From NCBI GenBank assembly GCA_951406725.2, contig OX597814.1, positions 145,700,001 through 145,764,000 of the forward strand: a stretch of 64,000 bases of DNA. Direction: 5' to 3'. The notes under the pieces were generated by a model. The model ran no database searches. It was not told the origin of the DNA and saw only the letters and a program-made list of their open reading frames with translations. The position numbers were made by a program, and so were the translations under genes. Positions 41,670 through 55,925 of this stretch are shown here, piece after piece. Every line of letters starts with the position of its first letter. The stretch's first letter is position 1. Origin of the DNA: Octopus vulgaris (taxonomy: Eukaryota).

Positions 41670-41884
41670 GAGTATGCATTGTCTGGGAGATTTTTCTTAT
41701 AGCAGAAGAAATAACAAAGATTTTTTGGTTGCTATTTCTAAAAGTTCGGCGTGTGGTAAAGTAAATTATTTTACTGAACCCTAATTATATAACGTAATGT
41801 TTTAAATATACCGTAAATGGTCTTTTTACATACTCAACACTACTTGGTAAAATTAATTAATAATTAATTGATTTTACCCTTTTA

Positions 41885-42005
<121 letters not shown>

Positions 42006-42407
42006 TATGCATGCATGTATGTATATATGTGTGTATGCACGGTTGTTGCTGATCTGAAGAGGTAACGAATAAGTAACAAGGATGTTATTTATTTGCTTTT
42101 TATTAACCTTACTTCGAGCTGTGAGGAAAATACCGGACTGACTTGGTGCCTCAACTTAACTACCTAATTCAACTGAACATTAATTTTAAGAAAGTAAGTA
42201 GAGTTAGCGGTTGGAATACCAGTCTAAGGAATAAGAACATCCGTTCTTACAACCGGTATCTATTACCGGTTGTAAAGGTGCAGGAAATAACAGAATAAGC
42301 AAGAGTATTTCAGGATCAAAGGTTTTCTCTATTTTCTGTATGTAATAAAGTTACTTGTAATCACTTTTCTTTTCCAGCATTCTAATTTGTTGCTGGTGTA
42401 TAATATT

Positions 42408-42433
42408 AATAATAATAACAATAACAATAACAA

Positions 42434-42514
<81 letters not shown>

Positions 42515-42544
42515 TAATAATAATAATAAAAACAATAACAATAA
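42408..42544 (+). repeat. (AAT/AAC)n(ACT)n(AAT)n microsatellite
   Basis: Seen directly. Confidence 0.95.
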
Positions 42545-42876
42545 TTGTCATAGGTAGAACAATACCCGTTGTCATAGGTGCCCTGGGAATAAGAGCGAAA
42601 GGAACTGCTTCCTACCTAACTCAGATCCCAAAATGGCAGAAATTCAAGAGATAGTGCACATGGGAACTGCCCTTATCCTACGTAAAATACTGTTTATGTA
42701 ATCACAAATTTTAAAACAAACATAATTTTCTTATCTTTTGTTGAACATTCTCTAGAACAATACTTTGTGCAAAACCAAATATATGACACCCTAGGCATAA
42801 TACCAACTTGAACTTCTAACCTGTTGGCTGAGACTTGGAGTCAACTTGTACAAATACAAAGCAAAATTCGCATATA
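42545..42876 (+). mobile_element. R4/Dong subfamily 1 3' fragment
   Basis: Homologous to 6355-6706, with (TAA)n on both sides. Confidence 0.88.
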
Positions 42877-42877
42877 A

Positions 42878-42946
<69 letters not shown>

Positions 42947-42951
<5 letters not shown>

Positions 42952-43386
42952 CTGAGCAAATATAAAGATCTTGAAATAATAAAAAACTGAGCAAATATAA
43001 AGATCTTGAAATAGAAATCAGCAAAATGTGGAAGCTGAAGACTAAAACAATACCTGTTGTCATAGGTGCCCTGGGAATGATAGCGAAAGGGACTGATTGC
43101 TACCTAACTCAGATACCAGGAAACCCCAAAATGGCAGAAATTCAAAAGATAGTGCTCATGGGAACTGCACATATCCTACACAAAATACTCTCTATGTAAT
43201 CCCAAGTTTAAAACAAACTTTTTTTTTTATGTATTAGACATTCACTTGTACAACACCAAAAAAACCCCAAATATATGGCACACTAGGCATAACAACAACG
43301 TAAACTTCTAACCTGGTGTCTCTTGAAGTCTCTGGGTGAGACTTGGAGCCAACTTGTACAGACATAAATCAAAAGTCAAACATAGA
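42947..43386 (+). mobile_element. R4/Dong subfamily 1 3' fragment with a 32-bp duplicated 5' end
   Basis: KLSKYKDLEIEISKMWKLKTKTIPVVIGALG...; 3' UTR matches 6507-6706; (TAA)n flanks. Confidence 0.9.
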
Positions 43387-43409
43387 ATAATAATAATAAT
43401 AATAATAAT

Positions 43410-43869
43410 GATCTTAACTGATACGAATTGTGATCATGTACATGTTTTGTCTTGCATAAAAGATGGGCTTCAGTAAATATTCTACTCAAACACTACAGGT
43501 CTGCTTGTCAATTGCTTGACCTTAAGCCGTCAAGCATGTCCCTTAGTGGGTGATGATATATGAATCTCTGAAAACGAGCAAGTGCAATGGGTGAGCATCT
43601 TAGCCATGTGTTGAGAGGAATTCTTTTTGGGGTTTGAATAGTTCACATCCGGAAACATGGGCGTTTTTCATTATCCTTAAACAACCCTTCTCAATCTGAA
43701 GACAATTCTAACTAGTCCCTATCTACCAAGGTCATGCGCTGTTTATCTTCACATTAGGTCACCATGTTCACGCACGTAAGGTAGTTATAATGATGGGTAG
43801 TCATAATGTGTGTATTGAGCTTCGTATATTTTTACCCCACTATCATTTCGATGGCATGCTCTCTTACTC
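43410..43869 (+). mobile_element. Second copy of the (TAA)n-embedded non-coding element (5'-truncated, diverged)
   Basis: Reverse complement of 6813-7327 with internal deletions. Ends ctctcttactc followed by AAT repeats. Confidence 0.75.
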
Positions 43870-43890
43870 AATAACAATGATAATAATAAC

Positions 43891-44340
43891 GTTCACTGGA
43901 CACTGTTTGAGAATTAAAAGTTCACTGGTGACTGTGTGAAAAATACGGGTTCTCAAGATACTGTGTAAACTACAGAGCCACTGAAGACTGAGAAAAACAC
44001 GATCTGGACAGAAGACGGTAATGATAAAAGCAAGGACAATGAATGTAACATCTCGTGGGATTTTACAATCCAGTCTGACTTTCTAATTGATGCTCGGAGA
44101 CTAGACATTGTTGTGGTAACTAAAAGAAACGCTTATAGATGACAAAGAGCTGAAAAAGATTTTAAAATACAGACTTCTAAAAGACGAAATTGCAAGAATG
44201 TGGGCAATCAGGAGAGTAATTATTATCCCAGTAGTTGTAGGGGCACTTGGAAAACTAGCAACCAAGTTCTGGAAATATGTCGGAGAAACTGGAATTGACA
44301 TGAAGGCAGAGCAATGCCAAAAACTGCTCTATTGGGATAC
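43891..44340 (+). mobile_element. R4/Dong-like RLE fragment, another subfamily, degraded
   Basis: VHW*LCEKYG, ISWDFTIQSDFLIDARRLDIVV, KYRLLKDEIARMW..IIPVVVGALG. Confidence 0.8.
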
Positions 44341-44389
44341 TTTGATGTCGGTACTTTGATGTTTAATATCTTCTACGATAGTTAACAAC

Positions 44390-44945
44390 TACATATTATC
44401 GAACCGGTAGCACTGCCAGGCCAAGGACATCTGGAAATTATCCATGATAGTTTCTGACCGGAAAGTTCTCCGGAAGACACTAGCCAGTTTATTTTCGTCG
44501 GCACCCAGTATCTCCCGGAGAACGTCATTGCACTTTTCTGCCACTAATCCTCTAACAATTTCTAAAGCGGAACATACACCGATCCCATTACCCGACTGAC
44601 TGACGGGTGTCAGCGCCAGACGACAGTCTAGGTGCCAGGCGCCCAATCTCGGTCTTTTCATCACCCAGGACTGCAGCTCCGTAATAAGCGCTGCGGAATG
44701 GCGAGTTTCACAAACGGAGCCCACACACACTCACCGACCAGAAATCGTTGCGGGTGGCATAACCTAAGAGCGTATCTGCGCTTTAGGTACCACGGCATTC
44801 CTAATGCGTCCCTTCCACAAGAATTTGTATGAGACACTCCAGCCTGGTCAAGCAGTAGCTGCGACAAGGCACGACAGTCAGGCGATAAATGATAACATAG
44901 GCGATGTAGATATTCACCACCTTTTCCCGACTATTCCGGGACAGC
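44390..44945 (-). mobile_element. L1/Tx1-clade LINE ORF2 fragment (post-RT region)
   Basis: GC-rich island. Minus strand KVVNIYIAYVIIYRLTVVPC..LTRLE and ALGMPWYLKRRYALRL (cf. GGLGMP). Confidence 0.6.
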
Positions 44946-46519
44946 TTCTCAGCCAAATAATTATAATAAAACCCCGTGTGTGTGTGTGTATGTATGTGTG
45001 TACGTGTACGCGTGTTTGTGAACTTTGAAAGAGCTTGTGAGTGAATTTCGTCTTTCGTTAGTGATCAATAAATTAAGTATCCATGTTGTACTACTGTCGA
45101 TTCATGCGAACTTTCTCTCTAAAATTTGACTTTTACTCATGCAACTAAATTTTCATTAGGCCAGATATTTAGGCAACTATATATATTCCAAATCGCTGAC
45201 AATCCGCATAAACATCAAGTTTATTGGAGTTTTCTAGCGAAATAGCAAATCATTTCATCAGAATATGCGATCTTATATGTACTGTAATCTCTAATTGAAT
45301 ATATAACGCTTAGTTAATGCACAATTTGAATATCAGATGTAGAATAGGATAAATTCTGAAGAAGAGAAGCAAAATTTACCTAACCTAATTTCCGTGCCCT
45401 ATTGAATTAGATTTATACTTTTCAAAGTTAATATATCAAACAAATTTGTAATTAATGTTTCGCTACCTTCCATAAAATTTCCTTCTACGTTTGTCAAATA
45501 CTAAATGCAACAAGTAATATCATTTGTCGTAAGTGAAATTGAATTCCCTGACGTTAGATGAGTATGATATATTTAATCTTAAAACACAGAACAAACCGAG
45601 GAGAGATTTACGTTATGAAATATATTTGATTGTATATGTCGTGTCATTTATGCATCTCCTTGAAAAGTTATGAAGCAGTAGTTTGAGAATACAAATTTTT
45701 AATGCCAACAATTTATAGAACAATAAAACACAAATTTTGAAACAGTTGTTTTTATAGAATACTTCTGAAATGTACAGGGGATAGAAAAAAATTTATATAA
45801 ATTATCAATTCTGCAAAGGGAAGGTTGACAGTAACTTCGAAAGTTCGCTTTGCTCGCTTCCAGAAAACTACTTTAAGTCTTTACAGGGGATGTTTTTGGT
45901 GTTATTCATTGTTTAGCAAATCCTCTGTGGGCAGTAGATAGTGCAATATAATTGATAACTAGATGTGTTATACATAGATCAGAGAAGAAGTTATGTAGGA
46001 AAGTGAGTGAGGATAATATAAAGAATCTGTTTGCTGGGTATGAGTTGTTAGAAATTTATGGCGAGGAAATTATTCCTATTTGATAGTGTATTTTATTATT
46101 GTTTAGGGAATAATCAATCGGGTATGTCAAATTCACATCAGGATGTTATTTCCATGGAAATTGCAGTTTTAGTGTTTTAAGGTGCATAAAAGAATATCTA
46201 AAGATAAATCAGTCGGGCGCACCCTATAAGTAAGGCATAAGTTTGAAATTATATAGGTGCTATTAGATATCTTTTAAGAAATTTTAAATTTATCTTATTC
46301 TGAAGGTCTTTATACATACACACGCACAGACATACACGCACCCAATACAGACAGACACACACACATATTTATATGCGCATATCCGTAGGTATACATAAAA
46401 ATATATTTACATATACATATATAAAAAGATAAACGTTGGAGTAAGCTACAGAAGTATTTTGTATGGCAAGAAAAAGATGATAAATGTGCATGAGAGATTG
46501 TCATATTTAGATTTTGAAT

Positions 46520-46960
46520 AAATTTATAGACCTCAAAAGTCTTGTAGTTTTGAAAATTTGATGTTTGCAGGAAGAGAGTAACTCGGAGTTTTGTTTGAGT
46601 ATGTGTGCCTTAATTTGTGTATTAATATATGTTTTTTCATTTGTTATAATTCTATAGTGTAGGGATTCTAAGGTTTGGTGTTCGATTGGTAAGGCTGTAG
46701 CAGGAATGGCTTCTTTCAATTAATGACTAAATTGGGTTTCTTTAATCTTAGTACCCATATGCGTTTAGGAAATGAAGTGTAGTTTTCATGTTTGGTTTGC
46801 AAAATAATATGCGTGTATTGGTTTATCAGGTTTTGAATTGCTTTGCCTTTAATCCTATATATTTTGTTGTATTGTGGTGTTCGTGGTTACAGTTTCACTA
46901 TAGAAAATGTTACTCGTGAGGCAATTCCTGTTTAGTGGTTAAACCGAATGGATGTTGCTG
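46520..46960 (-). mobile_element. Penelope-like GIY-YIG fragment
   Basis: Minus strand PLNRNCLTSNIFY..VTT, YIGLKAKQFKT, KHENYTSFPKRIW, ILKQNSELLSSCKHQ (cf. CPL.G.CL...IIY / YIGL...FK.R / LNKRSEL.SKCRH). Confidence 0.65.
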
Positions 46961-47328
46961 TTGGTATTAGTTTAACGCAAACTTTTACGTTGACTCTTTG
47001 TTCCCACTTCCTGTCCATGAAAACTATGGCAGACTACATATATGCTGGTATATCTGCGACTTACAATAGGGACAGTCACGGGAAAATTGCGGCCTTCCGG
47101 ATATTTTAACGGCACGCTTTTAGAAAAGTTACCTTGAATGTTTGTTTTAGTGTGCAGCCATACTGTTTCCGAGTCATGTCTCATATGGCCAGGTTCTCAA
47201 AAGTTGCCCATACCTGCTTCACGGGATGCTCTTTACTGAGTACCCGAAGAGGCCAAAGTGAATTTTGAGGCGACCTAAATACACATCCATACATCCATAC
47301 ATGCATGCATAGGTACAGATAATCACAC

Positions 47329-47379
<51 letters not shown>

Positions 47380-47422
47380 CACACATAAATATATATATAT
47401 ATCCATGTGTGTGCGCATATAT

Positions 47423-47642
47423 CTTTCTTTTCTCTTTCACTTGTTTCCAATCATTTGACAGCGACCATGTTGGAGCACCGCCTTTAGTCGAGCAAATCGA
47501 CCCCAGGACTTATTTCTTGCACTCTAGTACTCATTCTATCGGTCTTCTGCCGAACCGCTAAGTTAATGGGACGTATACACACCACCATCGGTTGTCAAGC
47601 GATGTTGGGGGGGGGGGGACAAACACAGACACACAAACATAT

Positions 47643-47693
<51 letters not shown>

Positions 47694-47858
47694 TACGGCG
47701 GGACTCTTTCAGTTTCCGTCTACTAAATCCACTCACAAGGTTTTGGTCGGCCCGAGGATATAGTAGAAGACAGTTTCTCAAGGTGCCACGCAGTGGGAAT
47801 GAACCCGGAACCATGTGGTTTGTAAGCAAGCTACTTACCACACAGCCACACCTGCGCC
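47423..47858 (-). mobile_element. SINE family A, full length
   Basis: Reverse complement of 28154-28560 with an expanded internal (TA)n and a G-run. Confidence 0.9.
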
Positions 47859-48689
47859 TATATATGCGAATATATATGCATATGTCTGTACACACATATA
47901 TGTCTTTGTGTGCGCGTGTACATATAAAGCTATACATTTACATATACGCAAAAATTTATAGGCATTTGTGATAAACAATATGTGCCTAACATTGCAGCAA
48001 TATATCATACAGCATTTCTCTCCTGGAGACGATAAAAGGCTAGATACGGCTTTCTGATATTCTATCTCACTTATTCATTCGCAATTCTCTGGCAGAAAAA
48101 TCAATTATATTAATTTAATTTCCATTTCTCAACTCATTTTGTTATTTCAATGACAAAACTAAAATTCTTTACTATTTTCTGCTTAGCCTGTTATTTATAT
48201 TTGTTTCAAAATTAGTTATGGAAAACTAGCTACTGATAACGTTATGCAAATACTATAAAACTTAGGATTTGAACTAGACTATTTTTCTGACGAATATTTA
48301 TATTTGCACAAAAATATTTTTATTTGCACATATATTTTATTTGCATAATGCCATTTTGTGAAGAATATTTTTGGAATATTATATTACACAACCATCCTAC
48401 ATTTTTTTCTATTTTATAGTATATGCATTTGGTGAATAATCCCTACGTTATTTACAAATTTTTCATGGAATAATTATCAGTTAATTGTTATTTCCGAAGG
48501 TGAAAATGACAAGGATGTTTGTATCTCTAGTACTGAGTATATCCAACGTATTTTAATGTACCACAACATTTATTCGGGAAATGTTTTATGATGTACAGGT
48601 ACACCACCGATATTACATTATCCCTGGTTCTAAATCCTCGATGGATTAATCGTTTTACCCGATCATCTGTAGTCTGTGGTTACCTCATA

Positions 48690-48875
48690 ATGGTTTCGAA
48701 CTTTAGCACAAAGCCAGCATTTTTTGGGTGGAGGTCGCTGGTACTTATTTTATCGTTCTCGAAGGATGAAAGGCAAAGTCTACCACGGCGACATTTGAAG
48801 TCAAAAGGTAAAAGCGGACGACCATGCCGCTAAACATTTTGCCCAGCGTGGTAAATATTCCGCCAGTACACCACC
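48690..48875 (-). mobile_element. SINE family C, diverged
   Basis: ctggtacttattttatcg...gaaggatgaaaggcaaagtc is the reverse complement of the family C core. Confidence 0.7.
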
Positions 48876-49389
48876 GTCGTGGGCACTTAACAATAATTCA
48901 TCAAAACATTTCTGACCTGTCAATTATATACCACCCATGCGCTAGAGTACCATGAACATTTTTTTTTAATCTTCCATCTATATGAACACTCCCAGTCCTC
49001 TTACTTGTAGCTACGGTTATCTTTCAGTAAAACAAAAAAAACGCAGAGGTTCTCTTACATGTAAACATAGGGTAAACAATCTGCGGTCGTGCTGTGAACT
49101 AGAGTGGTGGTGTCTGGAATTTCAATTTTCAACTCGTAATATATCTAGATTAAAGATGTCGGACCATCAGTTATCAAAACTCGTTGGCTGATGTACTTGT
49201 ATAAGAATCCATGATCACATACTCGTATATCCCTACACACAAGTGTACTGGGCGTTTGTAGATAGGATCTATAGGAAATACTCAATCCAGCTTCAGATAA
49301 ATGGTCTTTAACGAAATCAAATGCTAAACGTCAAGTTCCATACTACGTCAAGTTTCATACTCAGGTAGTACAGTAATTTGATGGGCTAA

Positions 49390-50460
49390 CATAGTGTATT
49401 GTTCAATTTTGCTTAAGCTCTTATGACATTGCTACACGGAAGACATGGCATTTTCTGTGAGGGAATTTGAGAATAAAAGAATAAACTTTTTAGTAACATA
49501 TTCATGGAATCTAGATGGTGTCACTTTAGCCCGTTAAATGAAGAATCTTGTTAATTTTGAGTGTTTACCTGTGAAAAAAATCTACACCTAAATGGGTTAG
49601 CCGACTATGGAAAAGTAAAGCCAATGTGCGTTAAAAAGGGTGTTATAATCCGATGATGGGGCACCTTCAACTTCGACAACAGGAACTTGTCGAGAGGGAT
49701 ACAACTTGTAAAAGTCTTTCATTTCGGGTTTAGAAGGTCAATGCAATTCTTCGATCTAATAAGAATATAGGTTCTTCGGTTACACTGAGCATATACTGTT
49801 TTGATTCATTAATGCATGTCCCAGATCTCACTATGAGGCTTCACTTGATGGCATATACTGTGGCTCGCTAACTCTGTACTTTTCTTTTTATCCGCGTGCT
49901 TAAAGAAAGACAAGTTATTGAAGTAATTGTTTCTGAAGTCTCTTTTTTATCATACATAAGATACGATTGAAGTTCATTTCAGTCACATACTCCCATAATG
50001 ACTTTCTGGAACTTATAATCATCTGGAAAGATTGCTATTTGGCCATGTTTGGTGGCATATTAAATACCCTCAGTGCACCTAGTACAGTTTCCCGGGGTAC
50101 ACTATATATGCTTTTAACTTGTCCTGAGTAAATTCCATTAATGACAACATGATGGATTGTCATTGTCAAGAAACATTTAATCAATTGCAGCAGCGTACCA
50201 CTGGCGACGATGCTGGATAAAATTCCAAGCAGTACCTTGTAATCGACTCTCTCAAAAATGTTATTTAGGTCAAGGTAAAATACGTATTTGCTGAAAGTTT
50301 TTCTTTCGCAAAGCATTTAGAATGCTATCAGTGATGAAAGTCCTATGTTAGAGGACTGGGAAAACATGTTAATTGGAATCAAGGAGTTGGTTATTCTGAA
50401 GGAATGCAGTTATGTTTGATCTCACTCCCCTCTCAAATACTTAAGTGACACGTGCGTTTA
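49390..50460 (-). mobile_element. CR1/L2-group LINE RT fragment, old
   Basis: YVFYLDLNNIFERVDYKVLL..LLQLIKCFLT..VVINGIYS..SVPRETVLGA (cf. YLDF.KAFD.V.H / GVPQGTVLGP). Confidence 0.7.
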
Positions 50461-50975
50461 GTGTGACCGATTTCATACATACATGCATTCGGACATGTTA
50501 GCTGTCAACTCGTACACGATTATGACCAGCACTGACAAATTATCTTATTCTATATATTAAAGATAATATCGAGAATAAAATATTGCTGTCAGCAACGTCT
50601 GTGCTTAACTTTAAAAATCAATAACAGCTTCTGCAACACTGCTAAGACTCACCCTGAAAGCTAAGTAATCCAGAAGCAAGCAAGAGGAAGGTTTCCGGCT
50701 ACGCAATGAAACGGGTATTATATTGAAATTTCCTTCTCATTGTGAAATGGCTAAACAAAAACTGGAGGTTCCATTCCTAGCTGTTGGATGGCCATTGACT
50801 CTACTGTTTCCGTCTTGCAAGGTCTCCAACAAAACCCACTTTCCATACCGAGCAGGCTTCGTAGCGTCACTGGTTTAGTCACCAACGGCCCTGCCCATGC
50901 GACATGTAATGGGTTACATATTATCAGCAGCACTAAATGCGACCTGACATTCATGCATGCATGCATGCACGCACG

Positions 50976-50978
<3 letters not shown>

Positions 50979-51070
<92 letters not shown>

Positions 51071-51088
51071 ATATATATATATATATAT
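50979..51088. repeat. (CA)n(TA)n microsatellite
   Basis: Seen directly. Confidence 0.98.
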
Positions 51089-51284
51089 TATTGCGAATGT
51101 GTATAGAGTAATATATTAGCTGAATAAAGTTAAAACAGTTTGGTTTTTACGTTTTTTTGTTATTTTTATAGTGGTATGTTAACAAAATTAGCGCTTTCAC
51201 ACACACAATTTACTTTTGAGATTTCATATGTGTTTAATTGACATTTGTGTTCTTGACAACTTTAGTACCTCTTAGAATGCTCCA

Positions 51285-51630
51285 GCCAACTGAATGTTTA
51301 CAATATGTAATGATAACAGTTGTAGAACGTGTCAATATATGCATTCGGCTAGATTCATTAGAACGAAAAACGGAGAGCTTTTCACAAATGCAGATATAAA
51401 GTGCAAAAGCAGAAATTTGATGAGCTGCATTAAATGCCCGAATTGCGAGGAACTATACATAGGCGAGATAGGGAATGCATTACCGGAACACTCACGAGTC
51501 CACAGACAACAAATCTGGAACACCAATAATCGCCAAACTACATGACACAAATTACATGACACAAGTGAGGTTGAAAGAAAGATAAAAGAAAAACGGTTTA
51601 TAAAAATGTTCAAACGTGCTCTGGACGGAA
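51285..51630 (+). mobile_element. Penelope-like GIY-YIG endonuclease fragment with upstream Cys motif
   Basis: CNDNSCRTCQY...IKCKSRNLMSCIKCPNCEELYIGEIGNAL..HSRVHRQQI...ERKIKEKRFIKMF. Confidence 0.8.
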
Positions 51631-52176
51631 ATAACAACAATAATATAACAACCAGTTAATGATGTGGATTAATAAATATAACCAAGTTACAGAATATCGG
51701 TACGCCTAGCAAACCGTGATGTTTCAATGTCATGATTAGCGAAATGCGATACCGGTCGACTACCAAAATACTGTATCATTTAAAATATATTGAAACTATG
51801 TAAACTGCATGCTGCTATTTTGTTAAACTGTCGTATGTCCAAATTTGGCCAAATAAGTTTCTTTTTTTCAATATTTAATTTTGCTCGCAATAGCCGGTTC
51901 TTTTCGTCGAACCATCGTATCTCCAGCTGCTTCAGATACCAACGTGAAAATTGTCGGTTTATCATTTTTCAAAATTATAGTAAGTCACACATACGACAGT
52001 TTTGCAAAAGTATTTCAGACTGAAAATATCATACATGCACAGAGTTATGATTTTATGCACGCAATGAAGTATTATTGCTAAGCTGGAACTGTTGCTAATG
52101 TAAAAAGAAATGAAATGGGGAAACTATCTTTTCATTTTGTAGAAAAAGCATCATTTTGGACTTACGACACTTTTGC

Positions 52177-52220
<44 letters not shown>

Positions 52221-52223
<3 letters not shown>

Positions 52224-52460
52224 TTTTATTTGCTTGTCATTTGAGTACCACTTTAAGGAGATATTAGTCACAGAAATCGACGCCCGAAATTATTCATTGT
52301 AAGCTTAGTACTTATTCTGTCGCTCTCCTCTCCCATACCGCTAATCTACGTAGACGTAAACATAGCAACATCGTTTCTCAACCAATGGTGGGGGGGGGGG
52401 GGGAGTAACACAAAGACACACACACAAACACACACAAACACACACACACACACATATATT
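52221..52460 (-). mobile_element. SINE family A 3' half, diverged
   Basis: aaatcgac...agtacttattctgtcg...cgtaaacatagcaacatcg followed by a G-run and (CA)n. Confidence 0.65.
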
Positions 52461-54116
52461 CTGATGGGGTACTCTATAGTTGTGTAGAGTACAATTTTAT
52501 TAGTCTCATACAAGAATATTGTTGACTATCCGATCCTTCGAATTGACTGTCAACAGTATTCTTGTGTAAGAATACTATATATTATCGCATCTTCTACACA
52601 CATTTTAACTATCAAGTTCCACTCACAAAGCACTTGTCACCTCAAATCTGCTATTGAATTGGACTGACAAATGATTAAGCAGTACGATGAATCACGAGAT
52701 TACTTTGTAAGGATGCAAACATCTTAATTACATCATTAGTCACATTGTCATATTTTATATAACATTGCAGCGGGTCACTCCCTGGGCTATGACATTACAG
52801 TCTTAAACAACATCTGATAAATATATCAATGTCATTTCATATTCTAAATATGCAACCGAATCCTACGTTTATGTATATTAAACCTAAGTAGCTATGCTCT
52901 GAAGTAACGTTTCATATATTTATCAAACAGATGTCTGTTTTGATGTTTGTAGCTTCATTTAAAAATTGTGCTGTTGTTGTTCCAAGTTGCATACTCTTAT
53001 GCGAAATGTTTTATCATTGAGAAAGTTATCATGTGGTATTGAGATTAATTTTAAATTTCTCTCTTGTTAAAAATGGTTGAGATTGTACAAGGCTGTTGAA
53101 AGTTATATTAAGCATTGATTTTTCTCATAGAACCGAAATACATGGTCCTTAAAATAATTAGTAATAATTAGTAATAATTAATAATTATTAATAGTAAAAC
53201 GCAAACTCAGCTCAGCAGTATTTAAATTTGACTGAACGTTTATCTTTTTGCATTTGCATTCTTAATATCTTACTTTTGTGTATATTTCGGACTTCTTGTG
53301 TCACGTGTTTGTATATAATCACTGCCTTGGAGACAACTGACAAAACTTCATTGCACTGACACAGCTTCAATAATCGTATGCAATTCCCCATAGCTCTATA
53401 TAATTTGTCTTATTTCCCTCAAAATCTATTATATTAAAATGAATTTCGTACTGACTGGCTGCTTCGATTCTCAGGTAATGTTCTATGTATTGCCACTTTA
53501 ACTTTCCCTGGTATCTTCTTGGATATTCTGTCTAAGCTTAAGGCTACAACAGTAATTGGATATATTGGTGATGGGATAGGTGTATATAATGTTGATCATT
53601 ATATACTCAACAGGCAGAATCCTGTAACCGCAATTTGGATTTCGTGTCGTCGCAATTTCAAAATCGCTTATATCACTAATACATTTTAAGAAATGTAGTC
53701 TACGTCACATGCTCCCATTTCTTCTCGACTGAAAACCTAATTATTGTGCTGATGTTTGTGGTCAGCAAAGAAAGCAATTAATTTCTTCCGCGCCCTTCCT
53801 GTTTAAATATCCGTTCTTAGAAACTGTTGAACTACACGTACGCTGCTACACATTTCGTAAACGGAAATATATTAGCCTAGCAAACATATCATACAACCTA
53901 GTCAGAAAAAAAAACTAAACACTAATATTTTTAGTAACAAAATCATTAGACATATTACATAAGCAACAGGCTGATATTTTCAAACTATTCATACACATAT
54001 CATTATTCATTACATGCATTATCTGGGAGGCATTTAATACATATCAATAACCGGAATAATTAATTTCGAAATAAATGACGCTTCTCCAGCAACACAACTT
54101 AATTATAACGAAAGGA

Positions 54117-54198
<82 letters not shown>

Positions 54199-55323
54199 TT
54201 GTATGTATGTATGTATGTATGTATCTTTATATATGGATGTGTGTATATATTTCTTCGGCTCCCTTTATTTACATCTGTAATGTTGTCGAGGAAAAGAAAA
54301 GCGACAGACCAGCCATTCAATCTAATATTTTCTTCTTTACATATCCGGCAATGAGGCTCCTCTTTCAATAAACGCTAACTGAATGAAGAGTTAATAATCA
54401 CCTGTAAACATGTGCTTAAAAGTTCCATTATATGAATGTTTTGTTCGAAGAGTTATTTATTCGAGGGATACTAAACACTTTTCATAAAGTTATTTATTCA
54501 CTCATACACTCTTTAAGTCTCTAATATTTCCCATTTCCAACTGAACGTTAATGCAGTAATAACTACTGCACTTAGAAAACATTTCGTCTTTTTAAATCTT
54601 TCACATTTAAACATCTCAACATTGCAATTAGGTGTCTGGCGTTAATGAAACTAATTCTAATCTTTGACAAAATCTTATTATATTTTATTATATTATTAGA
54701 CGTGATTCAAGAAAAAAAATATTTAACTATTGTATTAATCAGATGTTGCTAGGGATATTTGATATTTTGTGAATCAAATTTAATTGAAATAATGCAAGCA
54801 GCTAGAGCGGGTGAATACCTTGTTAAATTTGATTTTTTTTTCTCTTTGAATATAAAACAAGACAGGTGTCTAAGTTCAGATGAGTTAAAGTATAAAATAA
54901 TAATGAATATATAAATATACATATTTAATGCTTGATGACGTAAATGCACATTCTACTTTGAAATTTAACTCAATGTTTAATATTCAACTTTCTTTTAAAT
55001 CTCATTTACATATGCAATCGCAGTTCTTTTTCTATTTCTATATCTCACATCTTTATCTTTAATCACTAGGAATATCTGGACGTGTATGTATGTACGTGCG
55101 TATGTATATGTATGTCAGTGTGTGTGTGTGCGCACGCGTATGTTTCTGTGTGTTTGTGTGTTTGGGTGTTTGAGTTCGTGCGTGTTTGTGTGTGTGTGTG
55201 TGTGTGTGTATTAAAATGTGTGAAAGTGCGTACAAGCCATTAGAAATCATGTTCCCTGCGCGAATCTTAAAACTGTAGCTGTAGGATGTGCATTCTGGTA
55301 TATGAAGTGCATTAACATCATGT

Positions 55324-55364
<41 letters not shown>

Positions 55365-55544
55365 GATCTGATGATATCACTATAATACATCCTATTACTG
55401 TGCGTCTGCATCACTTCATAAACTTGGGATGATCAAACATCGAATACCTTTTATGATAAGTAAGATGGAATTTGACCTCGAGACTAAACAACATCAACAC
55501 CGACTACTAATTATAAGCAGATTTAATTCATGCTACAAATAACA

Positions 55545-55582
55545 GCAACAACAACAACAGCGACAACAACAATAACAACAAC

Positions 55583-55639
<57 letters not shown>

Positions 55640-55640
55640 T
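55545..55640 (+). repeat. (CAA)n(TAA)n microsatellite
   Basis: Seen directly. Confidence 0.95.
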
Positions 55641-55643
55641 ATA

Positions 55644-55858
55644 ATAAAAATATTCAGACAAATACATAACAAAAACACCAGGACTTACAAACACATATAA
55701 CATACAGAAAATTGCACTACTAGGCACTGCACACATCCTACGCAGAACACTTTCCATACAATAACCATCAGAGCATCACAACAAATCACAGCACATACCC
55801 AAGGCACACAGAGCTGCGCTCGGTAGTGAAGTGAAAGCACGCTATAAAAATAAAACTA

Positions 55859-55861
<3 letters not shown>
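55644..55861 (+). mobile_element. R4/Dong subfamily 2, short 3' copy
   Basis: Nearly identical to 56460-56683, with (TAA)n on both sides. Confidence 0.92.

Positions 55862-55925
<64 letters not shown>

Noticed and set aside
46990-47275. Possible LINE ORF1 fragment or exon
   Set aside because: No diagnostic motif or convincing splice signals.
50640-50945. GC-richer minus-strand segment as a LINE 5' UTR with an HDV-like ribozyme
   Set aside because: I could not assemble the double pseudoknot or link it to an ORF. Left unclassified.
53300-53680. Possible host exon or decayed coding sequence
   Set aside because: The frames I read are short or interrupted, with no recognisable domain.
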